Shown: piece after piece, positions 61,953-64,000 of the stretch
Numbering within the stretch: position 1 is the first letter of the stretch
Layout of the letters: every line of letters starts with the position of its first letter
NCBI GenBank assembly: GCA_963778655.1
Contig: CAVZVA010000011.1
Location: 160,001 to 224,000, forward strand
Reading direction: 5' to 3'
Origin: an uncultured delta proteobacterium
Lineage (GTDB): Bacteria > Myxococcota_A > Polyangia > Polyangiales > JAFGIB01
Length of the DNA: 64,000 bases
The notes under the pieces: model-generated
Databases searched by the model: none
What the model saw: the letters and a program-made list of their open reading frames with translations, nothing else
Told to the model about the DNA's origin: nothing
Made by a program: the position numbers and the translations under genes

Positions 61953-62591
61953 CTACCCGCGCTTGAGGCCGTGCTCTTCGATGCTGGCGTTGTTCTTGGC
62001 CTGGGCGGCCTGCCAGGCGGGACGCGCGTCGAGCCGCTGGCTGTACGCGACGAACGGGGGACGCGCCTCGAGCATCTTGAACATCAGCATGTAGCGCACG
62101 GTGCCGCCGAAGATCACGTCGGCCATGCTGAAGCGATCGCCGAGTAGCCACGGCCCTTTGCCGATCGCGACCTCGATCGCGTCGAGCATGTTCGCGTACT
62201 CACCCCAGCCGGCCTGCGACGAGCGGTACTCCCACTTCGCGCCCTGCGCGTAGGCGCCCGGCTCGATCACCGACGGCGCGAACAGCGACCAGCGCAGATA
62301 CGTCGCGCGCGTCGAGTCGTCGACCTTGGGGCAGAGCGTGCCGTAGCCATAGCGGTCCGCGAGGTAGAGGCCGATCGCCGCCGATTCGGTGACGATCGCG
62401 TCGCCGTCCTGGAGCGTCGGCAGCTTGCCCATCGGGTTCAGCTTGCGGAACTCCGGCGTGCGCTGCGCACCGGCCATCAAATCCACATAACGCAGCCCAT
62501 AGGGTTGCCCGACTTCCTCGAGCATCCAGACCACGTTGGCCGCGCGGCTGAAGGGGTGATAATGGAGGAGGAGCTTCGACGCCGGAGTCAT
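61953..62591 (-). CDS. Glutathione S-transferase family protein
   Basis: WMLEEVG, LNPMGKLPTL, TESAAIGLYLAD, WLLGDRFSMADV. Confidence 0.92.
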   Translation of the reverse strand: MTPASKLLLHYHPFSRAANVVWMLEEVGQPYGLRYVDLMAGAQRTPEFRKLNPMGKLPTLQDGDAIVTESAAIGLYLADRYGYGTLCPKVDDSTRATYLRWSLFAPSVIEPGAYAQGAKWEYRSSQAGWGEYANMLDAIEVAIGKGPWLLGDRFSMADVIFGGTVRYMLMFKMLEARPPFVAYSQRLDARPAWQAAQAKNNASIEEHGLKRG

Positions 62592-62673
62592 ACCCCGGGA
62601 CCGTAGCGCGGGAACCGACCAAGGGCCACAGGCCCAAGGCCCTCTGCCAGCGAATTTGCAAGGCCAGACAAAA

Positions 62674-62877
62674 GAGACAAAAGGGGACGGTCCTCGATAC
62701 TTCGATAACCTCCGCTTCTTGCTTCCGCTCCATCCCCTCGCCGGCACGCGTCAGGTCTCCTGCACATCCACATAAAGGAGACAAAAGGGGACGGTCCTCG
62801 ATACTTCGATAACCTCCGCTTCTTGCTTCCGCTCCATCCCCTCGCCGGCACGCGTCAGGTCTCCTGCACATCCACAT
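62674..62877. repeat. Perfect 100-bp tandem duplication (period 104) containing motif B and the last codons of the RAYT-like gene
   Basis: 62674-62773 is identical to 62778-62877, separated by AAAG. Confidence 0.92.
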
Positions 62878-63280
62878 GATACCGCACCGGTAGCGCATCG
62901 GCCGTGGCCTTGGTCTTGGTGCGCGGACGTGAGCGGCGGCGGGCAGAGAGCAACGCCGTCAGCGCGCTCGCTTGCTCGTCGAGCTCTGCTGGCGTCGTCA
63001 TCGCCCGACCGTAGTGATAGCTCACCACCCCGGTGTCCAGGCCCAGGGCGCGTGCCAGCTCCACTTGCTGGCCGCCGTACTCGTGCAGCCACACCCAGAT
63101 CGCCAAACGCTTGGCCTGGGTCGGACCCCTCGCCCGCGGACGCACTTGCAGCTCGATCGGGTCCACATCCAACAGGTCCAGCGCCGCATCGATCACCTCG
63201 CGCACGCTGGGCCGACCCACCGGACCCGCGCGCCGCTCCGCGCCGCGACCCGACAGCGCCGCCTTGACCTTCTCCGCCGC
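62855..63280 (-). mobile_element. C-terminal HTH (DnaA-C/TrpR-like) remnant of a RAYT/Y1 transposase
   Basis: PSVREVIDAALDLLDVDPIEL..AKRLAIWVW..QQVELARALGLDTGVVSYHY, followed directly by motif B. The catalytic N-terminal half is absent. Confidence 0.6.
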
Positions 63281-63290
63281 GCGTCCCCCC

Positions 63291-63347
63291 GGCCGCGCGG
63301 TCGGGCCTAAGCCATCTGGCCGCGCGGTCGGGCCTAAGCCATCTGGC
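63291..63347. repeat. 27-bp tandem repeat (2 copies)
   Basis: GGCCGCGCGGTCGGGCCTAAGCCATCT at 63291-63317 and 63318-63344. Confidence 0.9.
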
Positions 63348-63421
63348 TTTGGTGGGCTTCGAGTATGACGCGGGTGCGTCAGCTGATACCCTGACGATAT
63401 TGACCTCGCCTCGGAGCCCGC

Positions 63422-64000
63422 ATGATCGAAAGCATCGCCGTCGACAACGCCACTCCGCTGGACGACTACGCGGCTCACGCGCACCTGGCCGCCGCTGTCG
63501 CCGAGCTGCGCAAGGAGGCACATGAGCTCGTGCCGCGTCTTCATGGGCGTACGGTGTGGATGGTCAATTCCACGGCGCGCGGAGGCGGTGTTGCGGAGAT
63601 GCTCCCGTGCATCGTCGGAATCCTGCGCGAACTTGGTGTCGATGCGCGTTGGGTGGTCATCGGCACAGACCGGGAGCGGTTCTTCGGGGTCACCAAGCGT
63701 CTACACAATTTGATCCACGGCGAGGGCAAGCCCGAGATCGACGGCGATGACCGCGCGATCTACGAGCAGGTGAGTCGCGAGCTGGCCGATGAACTGGCGC
63801 CAAAGCTCAGCCCCCGCGATGTCTTGGTCGTTCACGATCCCCAACCTTGTGCGATGGGCGCGCTGTTGAGACAGCGCATCGGCTTGTGCGCCATGTGGCG
63901 TTGCCACATTGGCCTCGACAGCGTGACGCCCGAGACACGCGCGGCCTGGGGCATGCTCCAGCCTTACGTGCGCTGCTATGACCACTGTATCTTTAGTGCC
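63422..64000 (+). CDS. treT: Trehalose synthase TreT-like GT4 glycosyltransferase, N-terminal part; runs off the window edge
   Basis: Manual translation (absent from the ORF track): VWMVNSTARGGGVAEML, FFGVTKRLHNLIHG, VVHDPQP, WRCHI. Confidence 0.82.
   Translation, partial: MIESIAVDNATPLDDYAAHAHLAAAVAELRKEAHELVPRLHGRTVWMVNSTARGGGVAEMLPCIVGILRELGVDARWVVIGTDRERFFGVTKRLHNLIHGEGKPEIDGDDRAIYEQVSRELADELAPKLSPRDVLVVHDPQPCAMGALLRQRIGLCAMWRCHIGLDSVTPETRAAWGMLQPYVRCYDHCIFSA

Noticed and set aside
62674..62877. CRISPR array
   Set aside because: The whole 100-bp unit is duplicated with no unique spacers, and there are no cas genes in the window.

Overview
Very GC-rich bacterial DNA, most likely from a myxobacterium (Myxococcota, Polyangiales-like). 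The taxonomic call is inferred from a Tgl-like TPR lipoprotein next to rodZ-like and recO genes, a Cys-rich IgGFc-binding lipoprotein, a Hanks-type kinase and Gly-linker lipoproteins. Bases 1-44182 are core chromosome: surface-glycan transferases, pyrG, dnaX (three indels)-ybaB-recR, an orphan FHIPEP (FlhA/SctV) export-gate gene, an acyl-CoA ligase, alaS, recN, GS-like and Fe-ADH genes, trpFBA, a receptor-less cheA-W-W-R-B-Y cluster, recO, tgl, speB, a YitJ-like methionine enzyme, a Ser/Thr kinase and tRNA-Leu(CAA). After the tRNA (about 44.2-64 kb) lies an accessory, decaying region. It holds remnants of ISKra4, IS91, IS200 and RAYT-like transposases and several deletion-riddled pseudogenes. 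It also holds intact cargo: a roughly 1420-aa SdiA-regulated/cadherin/LTD surface lipoprotein, a citrate-synthase pair, a CBS protein with a GIY-YIG-like tail, GH128 and GH64 beta-1,3-glucanases, glgP, a GST and a TreT-like gene. I found no complete, clearly new multi-gene system. The best leads are the CBS plus degenerate GIY-YIG fusion, a REP-like motif confined to the island and linked to a RAYT-like remnant, and a second, unrelated 8-bp-periodic inverted-repeat family in five core intergenic sites. All domain calls come from motifs read by eye; no database searches were run.
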